DNA of 63,463 bases, filler included, from Octopus bimaculoides (Eukaryota), in NCBI RefSeq assembly GCF_001194135.2. It is 3 parts of 3 records of this genome, joined end to end, with 100 filler letters (N's around TTAATTAATTAA, not from the genome) between each part and the next. Parts side by side here need not be neighbours in the genome. Positions count along the whole stretch, not along the records: positions 1 to 31,577 come from NC_068990.1; 2 more parts are not named here. The stretch is one strand, 5' to 3'. Below the pieces are notes generated by a model. It was not told where the DNA came from and ran no database searches. It saw nothing but the letters and a program-made list of their open reading frames with translations. The translations under genes and the position numbers were made by a program. This document shows, in pieces, positions 12,495 through 24,200 of the stretch. The first letter of the stretch is position 1. Each line of letters starts with the position of its first letter.

Positions 12495-13684
12495 ATGTCA
12501 CTTATCACAATAAATGGGAAGCAAAAAATCACGTTATCATTTCTTGTGCTTCTATGGCATCAGGTAAAGCACCTTTTCTAGTTACTTCCAGGATTTTAAA
12601 CATTGTACTTGAAGTCTATTTGCCTATTATTTCCAGAAGGCTGAGTGAACCCCTGATATTTCCTATTCAGTGTACGTGCGTTGTTATAATATATGTTTCT
12701 GCTATTTATGATAGTGCAACAGTCGTTTACTTATACAAGCATTTCAATATCCAGCCATTTACAATTAGAAATCTAGTATTTAAGAGTATTTATTAAATAT
12801 CATCTGAGTAATAATCTTATGTTGTTTCTCTTGTAGATNNNNNNNNNNNNNNNNNNNNNNNNNNNNNNNNNNNNNNNNNNNNNNNNNNNNNNNNNNNNNN
12901 NNNNNNNNNNNNNNNNNNNNNNNNNNNNNNNNNNNNNNNNNNNNNNNNNNNNNNNNNNNNNNNNNNNNNNNNNNNNNNNNNNNNNNNNNNNNNNNNNNNN
13001 NNNNNNNNNNNNNNNNNNNNNNNNNNNNNNNNNNNNNNNNNNNNNNNNNNNNNNATATATATATATATATATATATATAAACACACGCCTATATATATAC
13101 ATGTATATATATGTATATATAATATATATATATATGCACATATAGGCATGTATGTATGTATGTATATATGCATGTGTGTATGTATGGGCAAATTTGAGTA
13201 CAACCGGAAGAAAAGATTACTGAATGCTAAATACAAGATGTACAGCTTATTGATAATTGCAATCTTTAACTCTATTGTTACCTAGAGATTTATGCATTTA
13301 ATACCTACATAGGCTGTCAGGTGAATAAAGGAAGCCATATTTCCGCCCCGGTCTTGTTATGTCACTTATCACAATAAATGGGAAGCAAAAAATCACGTTA
13401 TCATTTCTTGTGCTTCTATGGCATCAGGTAAAGCACATTTTCTAGTTACTTCCAGGATTTTAAACATTGTACTTGAAGTCTATTTGCCTATTATTTCCAG
13501 AAGGCTGAGTGAACCCCTGATATTTCCTATTCAGTGTACGTGCGTTGTTATAATATATGTTTCTGCTATTTATGATAGTGCAACAGTCGTTTACTTATAC
13601 AAGCATTTCAATATCCAGCCATTTACAATTAGAAATCTAGTATTTAAGAGTATTTATTAAATATCATCTGAGTAATAATCTTAT
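12495..13684 (+). repeat. Direct duplication of a 326-bp unique segment (12495-12820 and 13359-13684)
   Basis: The two copies are identical except for one base (gcaccttttc vs gcacattttc). They are separated by a 216-N gap and ~300 bp of other sequence. Confidence 0.9.
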
Positions 13685-15460
13685 AGCGTGCATTCAAAGC
13701 TCCTCCGTGGGTATCGGTTACCATATGCTATTGCTATCATACAGCAATAATTCTCCTGTTCATTCCAATTCCTTGTATTATAATATTTTAAGAGTATTTA
13801 TTAGTTTCTCTAAAATACCGTCGATCGTGAATAATTTCTACTTGTTTGCCTCGTTTTATAAGAATGCACAAGTTAACCTTCGATTTCTCCCAATATGTTT
13901 CATACAAATAATATATTTCTACAACTCTGATGATTTAAAGTTATGGAGGAAATCTTGGTCAAACAGCATTTAAACGAATTTAGTCGATGACATTGCTGGG
14001 AACTTTCTAACTTTATTCAAATGTTTTACACCGACACACGAGACCTAAAATTATTAATGAAAAATTATAACTGCTTGGTTGATGTCACTTTACACACAAA
14101 GCTAAAATGACATGCCTAAACATCCTTGCATCACGCACTGCCAGAGTTTTATTATATAAAACTCCCACCTTGCTCATTGATAGGGCATTGCATTTCTAAA
14201 GCAGTAACAGAGGGAGTTTATGATGAGGTTTTCAAAGTAACTGAATAGGATTCATCGTTGAACACATTCGAAATCGCTATTACCGCTTTAGAAGTACTTC
14301 CAAGACAAAGAATAAGCTGCGTCTAACAGTTGTCCGAATTCCGGTGGAAATTGATGGACATTAAATCGAAATGGATCTGATTATAAAGCATGACTTGACA
14401 AAGCTTCACTGGATCCTGATGTGCATCTATGCATATCCTGATGTAATACTCACTATGGCATGGCTTTATAAATGTATTAATGGATCCCGATGGTGCGGAC
14501 TAAGCCTAACAGAAAAATTCCACATATAAAATGATTAAACAATATAACTTAAATGCTATAGGTTATTGTCATCGAAGAATTGCATTTTCGATCAGCTTCC
14601 ATAGATCGGAAAATCGAAGGCAGATTCAGCAAACAATGCAGTAAATCTGAAATTTTATTATGACCAGATATATTGAGAGAGTTCTCTCCCTTATGCTTTA
14701 GAACGTTATGTGCTTGAAACTCTCATACATACATGCATATGCACACACAGTTACATAAGTGAGCATANNNNNNNNNNNNNNNNNNNNNNNNNNNNNNNNN
14801 NNNNNNNNNNNNNNNNNNNNNNNNNNNNNNNNNNNNNNNNNNNNNNNNNNNNNNNNNNNNNNNNNNNNNNNNNNNNNNNNNNNNNNNNNNNNNNNNNNNN
14901 NNNNNNNNNNNNNNNNNNNNNNNNNNNNNNNNNNNNNNNNNNNNNNNNNNNNNNNNNNNNNNNNNNNNNNNNNNNNNNNNNNNNNNNNNNNNNNNNNNNN
15001 NNNNNNNNNNNNNNNNNNNNNNNNNNNNNNNNNNNNNNNNNNNNNNNNNNNNNNNNNNNNNNNNNNNNNNNNNNNNNNNNNNNNNNNNNNNNNNNNNNNN
15101 NNNNNNNNNNNNNNNNNNNNNNNNNNNNNNNNNNNNNNNNNNNNNNNNNNNNNNNNNNNNNNNNNNNNNNNNNNNNNNNNNNNNNNNNNNNNNNNNNNNN
15201 NNNNNNNNNNNNNNNNNNNNNNNNNNNNNNNNNNNNNNNNNNNNNNNNNNNNNNNNNNNNNNNNNNNNNNNNNNNNNNNNNNNNNNNNNNNNNNNNNNNN
15301 NNNNNNNNNNNNNNNNNNNNNNNNNNNNNNNNNNNNNNNNNNNNNNNNNNNNNNNNNNNNNNNNNNNNNNNNNNNNNNNNNNNNNNNNNNNNNNNNNNNN
15401 NNNNNNNNNNNNNNNNNNNNNNNNNNNNNNNNNNNTATATATATATATATATATATATAT

Positions 15461-15461
<1 letters not shown>

Positions 15462-15516
<55 letters not shown>

Positions 15517-15530
15517 GTAGATAGATAGAT
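15462..15530. repeat. (GATA)n microsatellite
   Basis: Direct tandem tagatagata... Similar tracts occur at 28195-28250 and 37655-37740. Confidence 0.95.
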
Positions 15531-16274
15531 AGTATATGTTGCTACGTTTAATGGTTCCACTTGATTAAGCCAGAGCTGTTTACTGTGCTCCCAGAAGTTG
15601 ACGCTATACACTCTACTCTTGACATGATAAGGAAACTGAGAACTTCAGATGTGTTACATACTGGTAGGTGACGGTGAGAACTACGGAATAATATCAATGT
15701 TAGCCCAATGTAATTTAATCTATAATGGATCTTTGTGTTATATCAAACGGTGGTAGTTCTGTTTCAGAATTATCAAATGTGCGGATCAGTTTTCGCTGTT
15801 ACAAAGCACAAATTGATTCGTTAAATATGGCTCATACTTCCCTCTCTCTCTCTCTCTTTCCCAGTCACTTGTATTCTTTCAGTCACTTTCGATCCATATA
15901 TGTGTGTGTATGTATGTGTGTCATTCTCTCTTTCTCTCTCTCTCTCTCTGTATGTCTGTGCGTATATGTGTGCCTCTGTGTTTGTGCCTGTGTGTGTGTG
16001 CATGGATGTGTATGCACCTGTGTGCGTGTGTGTGTGTGTGTACGTATGTGTGTATATTATATATGAGTAGCAGCAAGTCTATACTTCAGTTATGTGTTAT
16101 ACTTTGCGACGGAAAGATTTCGGGAGTTTCCTTAAACCCGTGTCCTCGGAGAAATTTTACTTCCTCCACTCCCAGATACCTACCGCTCGCGGGGCACTTC
16201 CTGAAGTTAACACTTAGATTATCTGATCCTTTCTAACTTTGAATATATATATGTATATATTTATCTCTCTGTCT

Positions 16275-16335
<61 letters not shown>

Positions 16336-17081
16336 NNNNNNNNNNNNNNNNNNNNNNNNNNNNNNNNNNNNNNNNNNNNNNNNNNNNNNNNNNNNNNNNN
16401 NNNNNNNNNNNNNNNNNNNNNNNNNNNNNNNNNNNNNNNNNNNNNNNNNNNNNNNNNNNNNNNNNNNNNNNNNNNNNNNNNNNNNNNNNNNNNNNNNNNN
16501 NNNNNNNNNNNNNNNNNNNNNNNNNNNNNNNNNNNNNNNNNNNNNNNNNNNNNNNNNNNNNNNNNNNNNNNNNNNNNNNNNNNNNNNNNNNNNNNNNNNN
16601 NNNNNNNNNNNNNNNNNNNNNNNNNNNNNNNNNNNNNNNNNNNNNNNNNNNNNNNNNNNNNNNNNNNNNNNNNNNNNNNNNNNNNNNNNNNNNNNNNNNN
16701 NNNNNNNNNNNNNNNNNNNNNNNNNNNNNNNNNNNNNNNNNNNNNNNNNNNNNNNNNNNNNNNNNNNNNNNNNNNNNNNNNNNNNNNNNNNNNNNNNNNN
16801 NNNNNNNNNNNNNNNNNNNNNNNNNNNNNNNNNNNNNNNNNNNNNNNNNNNNNNNNNNNNNNNNNNNNNNNNNNNNNNNNNNNNNNNNNNNNNNNNNNNN
16901 NNNNNNNNNNNNNNNNNNNNNNNNNNNNNNNNNNNNNNNNNNNNNNNNNNNNNNNNNNNNNNNNNNNNNNNNNNNNNNNNNNNNNNNNNNNNNNNNNNNN
17001 NNNNNNNNNNNNNNNNNNNNNNNNNNNNNNNNNNNNNNNNNNNNNNNNNNNNNNNNNNNNNNNNNNNNNNNNNNNNNNNNN

Positions 17082-17210
17082 AAAAATGTTTAATGTTATG
17101 ATTAGCGAAAGCGAAACTGGGCGGCAAACATAATATAAGTTATATTCAAAATTATATTAAAATTCTGTATAGTGTGTGCATTTTCCTTCTTTAATTTCTT
17201 ATATATATTA
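17082..17210. mobile_element. Right arm of the foldback element seen at 2865-3160 (remainder presumably in the gap)
   Basis: atgattagcgaaagcgaaactgg...aatataagttatattcaaaatt...cattttccttctttaatttcttatatatatattacaa aligns with 3050-3175. Confidence 0.7.
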
Positions 17211-17252
17211 CAACTCATCACGTGGGGATAATCCAAATTCCTCCCTTTCTGT

Positions 17253-17299
<47 letters not shown>

Positions 17300-19544
17300 A
17301 CCACAATTAGGTAACGCTGTAAATAGAATCCAGGTTACATATGTTTCATAGCTAGCGGAAACTCAGAAGTAGTAGTTACCCAAATGAGGGGTAGACCGCA
17401 AGTTACTCAAGGCCAAGGATGCATAATGCATGTGTAATCTTCATGTAATCACAGTATACTTGGCCTACCCCTGGATTTGATATTCTCCATTCCGTAATTT
17501 TGGATGTTTATGCGCATGTGCAGCAACTCTAGCTGCTAACCATGATCTATACAATAACCCTTTTTGAGCTTATCTCTCTTCGATATGGGAACAATTTACA
17601 ACTCTCTGCGCCACGAAAACGCTATTGTTCCTGAACATTGTTTTTTTTTGTCCATACATTCTACGGAGTGCTTGAAGCTCACCAACTTCCTACATCTTGA
17701 TCCTTGCATCTTACCTCTACACATACACGGTCACACAGACACACACGCACGCACACACTTATGTATGTATGTATGTATGTGTGTACGTATGTGTATACAT
17801 GTGCATGTATTTATGGAGATGTGTTAGTTTATCTTTGCTCCTGCTATTTTCCCTGTCATCTTCTCGTTCTTATCCCCTGACTTGTGCTATTTTTTTTACG
17901 GTTGATCTTTATCTAAAAGCAGACTTGATCCTAAAGACGGAAGCTCTAGCTTGTCATAACCATAATCATACTCGCTCCCGTGCCACGTACAACACCTCTA
18001 GGTTAGTCTTTCCGTTGTATATATCTTGATTGTTGTGGCTGGTATTTTTCTGTATGATGCTATCACTATTTTTGCCCGCAACGTTTTTTTTTTTGTTTTT
18101 GCAACCAGTCAGACTAAACGAGTATCTATGGTAAAAATTGTGCACCAGAAACGACTTATCCAAATTTTTCAGACGTTGTGTATCTAGGCCTAAGTATCCA
18201 ACGTGGATTTGTCTATTTAAAAGACTGAAAGATATGACTTGCAGATTGTTTCAATCTTTATTGAAGGTCGGATGAGTACAGTTTTTTCCCTAAAGAAAAA
18301 TAAGTTGGATATTATATTTTGATGCAGGAAATTAAAGAAATGTTTTCAAAGATATGTTACTCGATCAATTTTGGAATATCTTTGTGGTAAGACATTGATT
18401 TTTTCATTAATTTTTTTCTTCGTGTGCTTATGGGTGTGTGAATCAATAAACGTAACCAGCGTGCGCGATAGCGGGTTTGCAGTTGTGTTTCTATAAATGT
18501 ATATTGAGTATATACCATTGAAATTAAACGCTTGTACTAGCCTGTTTGTTCAAGTATATTTAAACAGATTCTACTTGTGTATAATCCTTATCGATGTGTA
18601 TCAGAATATGTGATCATGCAATTTTGAATGTGTAATTTTGATGTATGTGTATTTCACTAAGATCGTACGATGTTATTCATGCGTGTCGGCAATTTTTATT
18701 ACATTAATATCTTCAACTGGAAATATGTGTATAGGCATGCGATCTTTAGTAGAGACTACTCCTATACGATTGTGATGGATTTAAAAAAAAGACTATACAT
18801 GTGTGTCGATTCAATATATATATATGCGTGACAGGGCTATGTATGTATGCTCGAGTCTTAGCGTGTTTTTTCATGTGTATTTCAAAGTTTTTTTAGTTGT
18901 GTTTATAGCTGTGACTATGTTTGATGGTGATGACAGTAGCTATATAAATGTATAGATTTGGTCTATATGCATGTCTTAATGTAGAGGTAACTAAGATGCG
19001 TCTGTGTATGCGTTCGTTAAAACCGGTGCATACATTTTAACTGTTAAATTCGGAAATCTGCATTAACATTGTGCAAAATGTTGTTTATGTGTCTATGCTA
19101 ATGATATTCATTGTTTAGCTATGTTTCTCGATGGATCGTGCAAATGGTTGTGGGTGTTTGGGTGTGTATTTGTGGATGTGCCTAAACGGTCATCTACATA
19201 CCAAAGCAATACCTTATAAGGGCATTACTATAATAATGTAATTATCAGCATAGTTATACATATCTGCATGCGCAGATAAGTTTATATCTGTTTTAGCGAA
19301 GAGGGTAGGATTATAAAAGCGGAGTTGTGACTAAACACGACTTTACGGGGAATGGATTTTGATACAGTACAGTGAATTCAATTGATTGAAGATTCATGAA
19401 TAAAGTTAATAAAATGCAAACGTGATAGCCTGCTATTCCAGCGCAGTCAATTGAAAGAATTCTATAATCACAAAGATGGGAATTTTATGTTGCATTTTCA
19501 GACTGTTACGGTTGTATTATTGTAGAATGAATCGTCTGTCTTTA

Positions 19545-19690
19545 CATTCTGAGTCGTCTGTCTTTACGTTCTGAGTTCAAATTCCGCCGGGGTCGACAAA
19601 TTAAGTAACTGTTGCGTACTGGAGTCGATCTAATCGACTAACCCCCTCCCCAAAAATTTCCGGCATTGTGCCTAGAGTAGAAAAAATTAT
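19545..19690 (+). mobile_element. SINE family C, partial
   Basis: gtctttacgttctgagttcaaattccgcc...gtcgatctaatcgac...caaaaatttccggcattgtgcctagagtagaaaa matches the family C consensus inferred from the many copies in this window. Confidence 0.8.
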
Positions 19691-20977
19691 TGTAGAATTA
19701 ATTAAAGTACCTGAAGCCCTACAAAGAGACACAGGTTCAAAATTCACGAGATAATGCTTTGTTGATTCTTTTCGTGTGTTGCTTTTAATGACAATCGTTT
19801 ATTCCAGTTTATTCCAAAGGAGATTTTCAAGACATCGGCAGAGGAAGTTATAACTTTTCTTCCAGGGACAAGGAAGAAAATTAAATTAATCCATTTAGTA
19901 TCAGATTCTCAGTTGAATCCATTTCCACCGAACAAGTATTTACAAATCCTAAATATCAATGTTATTTCATTATGCTATTAAAAGACGGCATATGTAATAA
20001 GCTGCAGTTTTCCGGCAATGTTATACAAGGAAAATAATATAAATGTCCTCCTCTTAGCTTACGGTCTGCCAGCTTTTGCGCTGCTGGGTTATATTTTGTT
20101 GCGTAGTAATGCATCTTTGATAATTCCAGCAAGATCACGACATCAAAATATTTATATTTCTAGTTGTATAAACGTCAACTCATTCAAGAGTGAAGATAAG
20201 AAATGTGAGTTGTGAGATAAATTGGATGCGAATTTGTCGAATGTAAACATAAGGAAAAGAGCTGAGTATCAGAGTAGCCTCTACAAGCAGAGAATACATT
20301 GAGCTCCCTTAAAAATAATCCATCGTAGTTATCAGGATTGTTTCGACGAGAACAGTAATGCAGGTCCGTCTCACAAAAATATAACAAGTGACAAGGATAA
20401 TTTTTTGGTAAATAAAAATGAAGCAGCGAAGTCTTTAAGAAATATGGAAGATACATATTGGTTCAGAAGGTAGATGTTATTCAATCAGTAACAGAAGAGA
20501 AATTACAATAGAACATTTTATATAAGTTGAATAAAAGTTTGCGGATGATATATGAACATTCATTTCATGACCTGAGTCTCTACTTTGCATTACACTATTG
20601 ACTGAGATATATGAAAATTAAGTGATTTTATGAAAATAGAAAAAAAATATTTTGAGTTGGGTTTCGGTGATAATTTATTGATGCAACGAAGATATTTACG
20701 TTCAATTCCGAAAATTTACATAAAAATGTACTCTGAATAAAATAGATTCTGCAACAAAAATGGCGTGCGAAATATATCCTGGTGCGTCGGTTGAAATTTA
20801 TAAACACGGTGGGTCGAAACTGAATTGTAAGGTCTTCAAAATCTTTTTCCCTTGATACAAATAACTGACACTCATCCTCGTATAGGTTAATGTATTTGTC
20901 TCTTCAAAAATGTTTTTCAAAAGGAAAAGAAACATTTTAATTTTATTACAAATATCGTGGACATTAAATATGCCGTG

Positions 20978-21049
20978 AGCATATGGCGTAGCGGTTTAAA
21001 GTACGGTCTACTGATCCCAAAATTCCGAGTTCAAATCCAGGCAGTGACT

Positions 21050-21085
<36 letters not shown>

Positions 21086-21250
21086 TCGAAAAATACCTTA
21101 CGAATGAGAACCCGGATTCGAAATTTCCCGAAGACACCTGATGAAGGTTGCAGGGTATATCAGCCGAAACGTTGTGTAAACAACAAACAAGACGAGGACA
21201 AATATCCGTCAAATGTAAATAATGTACGTAATTCTTCATCTCTTAAATAT
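20978..21250 (+). mobile_element. tRNA-headed SINE with internal (AAT)n and a hammerhead-bearing 3' tail
   Basis: Pol III A box TGGCGTAGCGG (20984-20994), B box GAGTTCAAATCC (21027-21038), (AAT)n at 21052-21083, then the tail gacacctgatgaagg...cagccgaaacgttgtg...gaggacaaatatccgtcaaatgtaaataatgt. The tail is repeated at 25690-25810. Confidence 0.8.
21133..21177 (+). ncRNA. Minimal type-I hammerhead ribozyme, core intact
   Basis: gacac-CTGATGA-a-ggttg-cagggtatat-cagcc-GAA-ACGT-T-gtgt: stem I acac/gtgt, stem II 5 bp (one G.U), palindromic stem III ACGT and a GUU triplet. Predicted cleavage after 21173. Confidence 0.7.
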
Positions 21251-21605
21251 AGAAGTGAACTGGAGTTTCAATATATTATGCCACATCTTATTTTAAGTAA
21301 ACTGATTACTCGCCTTGTTAAAAAGTTTATCTTAAAAACAATACAGCAGTGGGATGTTTGACATGATATGGAGTTCCGTATACGTTACCGAAAGATGTAA
21401 TGGTATGATATTGGGAATCGTACATCGTTTCTGTAGCACTTACCATGATATTCATTATGGTAAACAGAAAATCTCAACGGAATTTATTAAATAAAAATGG
21501 AGCTCTTGAAAATATGCAGAATGTTATTATTACCAAAATGGGGAGATGGGAGATGCAGTTATCTCAAGCGGAGAGAAATTTTTATTAGTATTTTTAATAA
21601 AATTA

Positions 21606-21780
21606 GGTGGCGATCTGGCTGAAACGTTAGCACACCGGAAAAAAAATGCTTAGTGGCATTTCGTCCGTCTTTACAATCTGAGTTAAATTACGCTGAGGTC
21701 GACTTTGCCTTTAATGCATTCAGTCACGATAAAATCAGTAGTAATTAAGCACTGGGGTCGATGTAATCAACAAACCTCAT
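21606..21780 (+). mobile_element. SINE family C
   Basis: ggtggcgatctggctgaaacgttagcacaccgg...gcttagtggcatttcgtccgtc...gaggtcgactttgcctt...ctggggtcgatgtaatc. Confidence 0.8.
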
Positions 21781-21872
21781 CATGGATTGGAACGCGCTTT
21801 GTATTGTTTCCTAGCCACGATAGTTACCGAGAAAATCGATTAAAACAACCTGCGGATTAAAACAACCGATGA

Positions 21873-22696
21873 TTGGACTTCCTGGAAAGTTCCGAGGATC
21901 AGACTTCCTGGAAATTTCCGTTACGTTTCTGGGAAGTTCCAAGGATGAGCTACTTCCTGGAAATTTCCGAGGATTGGACTTCCTGGAAATTTCTTAGGAC
22001 TTCCTGGACATTTCTTAAGACTTCCTGGAAATTTCTTAGGACTTCCTGGAAATTTCTTAGGACTTCCTGGAAATTTCTTAGGACTTCCTGGAAAGCTCCT
22101 AGGATGATCTAAATCCTGGTTAGTTCCGAGGATGGGGTTTTCTGGAAAGTTCCGAGGAATTCCTAGGAAGTTCCAACGAATTCCAGGGACATGGCCTCCT
22201 GAGAAGCTCCGAAGAGTGGACTTCCTGGAAATTTCAGGTGATTTCCTGGAATTTCCGATGATCGGAATTCCTGGAGATTTCCGGTGAAGCTCTGGGAAGT
22301 TCCAACGTTGAGCTACCTCCTGGAAAGTTCCGAGGTTCGGACTTCATGCAAATTTTCGACGAATTCCTGGAATGTTCCGAGGACTAGTTACTCGATGGAA
22401 AATTCCGAGGATGGGACTTCCTGGAAATTTCCGTGGGGAAGCTACTTCCAAGAAAGTTCTGAGGATGGGACTTCTTGGACAGTTCCGATGACTTCCCGGA
22501 AAGTTCCGAAGAAGGGACTTCCGGAAATTTTCGAGGAATTCCTGTAAAGTACCGAGGATACATTACTTCCAGGAAAGTTCCCAGGATGGCTCTTCCTGAA
22601 AAGTTCCGAGGATAGGAGTTCCTGGTAAGTTCCGATGATGGACTTCCTGAGCTACTTCCTGGAAAGTTCCGAGGATGGGACTTTCTGGAAAGTTCT
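21873..22696. repeat. Degenerate minisatellite with core (G)GACTTCCTGGAAA(T/G)TTCCGAG; homogenised 21-bp block at ~21977-22102
   Basis: About 13 exact TTCCTGGAA by manual count, and six consecutive near-identical 21-bp units ggacttcctggaaatttctta. Confidence 0.9.
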
Positions 22697-22937
22697 CTCT
22701 CACATACACACACGCACATCCATTTCATATATCTTTCAATTTCTGCTCCCTGCAAATAATTTTTTTACGGATACAACTGCTTACAAAAATTGGGATTAAT
22801 GTAAAATTTCTTTCTATGTTCATAATTAAGTAAATGTCTTAATGATTATACAGACGTCCAATAGAATAGCTCTCAGAAACAGATTACGTGAAAATACTTT
22901 CTTCACAACTCCTGAAGCCATTTTCTGACAGGGGCGA

Positions 22938-22989
22938 GGGCTGATGAAATCTTGATACAGCTAGAGGCTCCAATCGAAACAGGGGACCC
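22938..22989 (+). ncRNA. Degenerate hammerhead-like motif adjacent to the Penelope fragment
   Basis: ggg-CTGATGA-aatcttgatacagctagaggctccaatc-GAAAC-agggga-ccc: the core is intact and stem I ggg/ccc is possible, but stems II/III and the U16.1 position are eroded. Confidence 0.35.
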
Positions 22990-23229
22990 GAAATGATAAG
23001 ATTGAGAAACGCCGTTATAGATTATGCCTAACCGCAAACGATCACAGCCGCATCATCCAAACAGGCCGGGTGAAACCATGTTTAGCTGCTGGTATATATA
23101 TAAATATATGTATATTATATACATACATATATATATATATATATTATATACATACATACATATATATGTGCATATATGCACGAACAAACACACTATAAAG
23201 CATAGAGTGTAAGGTATATATGTCCAGTA

Positions 23230-24200
23230 ATTCGCTGGTGTAAATGTAACACACTTAGTCGCGTTGACAAAGGTCGTGGTGGATATGTCATTTGTTGTAG
23301 ATGCGTTCAATAGGGGTCTGTATTTTGTGATAAAGAGAGACTCTTTACTAATTCGTTCGCTGCAGCTTGATAGAGGGAAACATTCTGAAGCTTGGATTTT
23401 TGTTATTGGCGCAAATATCGATGTGTTGGCTGAATGTTATTTTTCTGTTTTGGGGAATTTTGATCTAGGATCTGTGCAGAGCCATTCTTTGACGTAGACT
23501 GTTTTTTTGTTTGGCCTATGTGTTGCTCTTGACACTCAGAGCAGGTTAGTGCGTATATCAGGTTCTCCGAAGTATATGTGAAGCTGCTTGTGAAACGTTG
23601 TCCCTGTTTGAAGGAGAACTCTGATCCCTCAATTAAATCGACGCATATCGCACAGTTGGGTCTTCCGCATTTTTTAATGACGGCGTCTGTGTTGTTGAGC
23701 GTATTCGGGCTTGTGTTAGGAGACTTTTCATAGATTTGGGCTGTCTCTTGCTTTTTATGATGGTGTGTGTTTGGAAGATTAAGTTCATTCTGTGGTCCTT
23801 TTTAGTAGGGGAATGCTTTGAAGAATGGTGTTGAAGGTTTCATAGTTCAGAGGGTTGTGTGTGGAAATGTATGGTAGGGCTTTTGGCTGTAAATCCTTCT
23901 TTAATTTGGGATGTCTGAGGTCGTCGATTTTGAGTTGAAGGGCATGTTGAAAGCATATGTCAATTAGTAAAGGTGGGTAGTTCCTGGTGATGAGTGTATC
24001 TTGTAGTTGATGTAGACGTGTGTCCCTGGTGCTTGCGTTAGAAACTATAGTAATATGCTTTTTGCTAGGTTGAAGAGGATATTCATTCTGGTGTGCCTGT
24101 GGTGGCATGAGTTACACGGTAGATATTGCTTGGAGTCCGTGAGCTTATAGTATATATCTGTTTCTATTACGTTGTTAGATTTCTTAATCCATAATCATCC
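23230..24200 (-). mobile_element. Penelope-like retroelement 3' fragment (RT thumb, Cys linker, GIY-YIG endonuclease), frameshifted
   Basis: Minus-strand frames give ETDIYYKLTDSKQYLPCNSCHHRHTRMNILFNLAK, TIVSNASTRDTRLHQLQDTLITRNYP..LPYISTHNP, KKCGRPNCAICVDL, NLIYALTCSECQEQHIGQT (GIY-YIG) and LRQRMALHR. The Cys-rich linker suggests the Neptune group. Confidence 0.9.

Noticed and set aside
17386-17474. Imperfect ~20-bp inverted repeat (aggggtagacc / ggcctacccct) resembling hAT TIRs
   Set aside because: Too short and degenerate, with no TSD; at best a MITE remnant.
20984-21040. tRNA gene call for the A/B-box heads of the SINEs
   Set aside because: No complete cloverleaf or acceptor stem, and each head continues into a SINE body; no bona fide tRNA gene was seen.
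21873-22696. CRISPR-like or coding interpretation of the TTCCTGGAA array
   Set aside because: Eukaryotic context, no unique spacers and no cas genes. The RTSWKFL peptide periodicity simply reflects the 21-bp unit.
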